A DNA stretch of 63,597 nucleotides, counting the filler, from Octopus bimaculoides (taxonomy: Eukaryota), in the NCBI RefSeq assembly GCF_001194135.2. It is 5 parts of 5 records of this genome, joined end to end, with 100 filler letters (N's around TTAATTAATTAA, not from the genome) between each part and the next. Parts side by side here need not be neighbours in the genome. Positions count along the whole stretch, not along the records: positions 61,773 to 63,597 come from NW_026345507.1; 4 more parts are not named here. One strand, written 5' to 3'. The translations under genes were made by a program, and so were the position numbers. The number at the start of each line of letters is the position of its first letter. Positions within the stretch are counted from its first letter, which is position 1. This document shows, piece by piece, positions 62,925 through 63,597 of this stretch. The notes beneath the pieces were generated by a model. The model saw only the letters and a program-made list of their open reading frames with translations. It made no database searches and had not been told where the DNA came from.

Positions 62925-63597
62925 TAAATGTTCATAACAAAGCGTGAGTGAGAGTGAACGGCATTAAAATTTCGTGGTACGCTTCATCAGTCGAGAAATG
63001 ATATCTGTGTGTGTGTTCTTCTTGGAAGGAAAATTACATCCGCAAAATCAAAATCCAACCGTGGAACAAAATTACAGGTTTACAGTAAAAGCAAATATAT
63101 AGATAACAACAACGAAAAGCAAATAAACGAAGAAGCATAACAACATAATGGAAAATACTTTAAATATATAAACGGTTCTACGAAATATAAGCGCAAAGAC
63201 AAGAGTGAGTCATTTTGTAGAGGGTATGAAGTATAACTTATGACTATAGAGCTTGAGGTTTGAGGGGTGGATTTGCGGTTGTAATAAAACTAATGAAATC
63301 AGTATTCTAGATATATGTGATGATAAAGAATGCTTGAGATTTTCAAGATGCTGTACATGGTACTGATTGGAAGGGCTGTATGAAGGGTTATGTGGTGTCA
63401 GGGAGTTGGATTGTTATTTTTAAGAGGATGCGTGTTGACAGTTTAATTGATAATATATTATATATAGTTACTTAAATATTTTTTTTGCTTTCATTGGAAA
63501 GGAGAAGGATGCTTATGATGAACGTGCCCGTCTGTTGGGGGGTGCGCATATATGTATGTATATATGTATGTATGTATGTATGTTTGTATGTATGTAT

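Noticed and set aside
62965-63010. Third possible hammerhead on the minus strand (gatatc...CTGATGA...GAAA)
   Set aside because: Stem II and stem III do not pair convincingly.
1-63597. Search for RNA-guided nuclease (Fanzor/TnpB/Cas), true tRNA/rRNA genes, or known cephalopod gene families (reflectin, protocadherin, C2H2 zinc-finger arrays)
   Set aside because: No RuvC-like or family motifs seen; tRNA-like boxes all belong to SINE heads. Content hidden in the N-gaps cannot be assessed.

Overview
AT-rich, microsatellite-laden, gap-rich eukaryotic genomic DNA. The SINE families resemble those I recognise from octopus, so a cephalopod (Octopus-like) draft assembly is likely (inference). Most entries in the ORF track are artefacts of microsatellites or N-gaps. 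Two host coding regions are supported: the first coding exon of an XLF/NHEJ1 (Cernunnos) homologue on the minus strand (28451-28648), whose later exons I could not find, and a single-exon 157-aa orphan type I membrane protein on the minus strand (17414-17887). The rest is mostly mobile DNA: at least three tRNA-derived SINE families, a restriction-like-endonuclease LINE 3' fragment, Penelope-like fragments, two hammerhead-ribozyme-like motifs, a decayed Chapaev3-like transposon, Tigger and Tc1/mariner relics, two mariner MITEs and two degenerate minisatellites. The most unusual structure is a ~3 kb ORF1-only (HAL1-like) zinc-knuckle retroelement composite at 21261-24273. It sits inside the head of a SINE with a degenerate 13-bp target-site duplication, shares its 3' tail with a SINE subfamily, and contains an inverted, diverged paralogue. 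A CpG-depleted domain (~29.1-50.6 kb) suggests an unannotated methylated gene body. There is no CRISPR, prokaryotic or RNA-guided nuclease system. Repeat boundaries are approximate (about +/-10-30 nt) and all alignments were done by eye.
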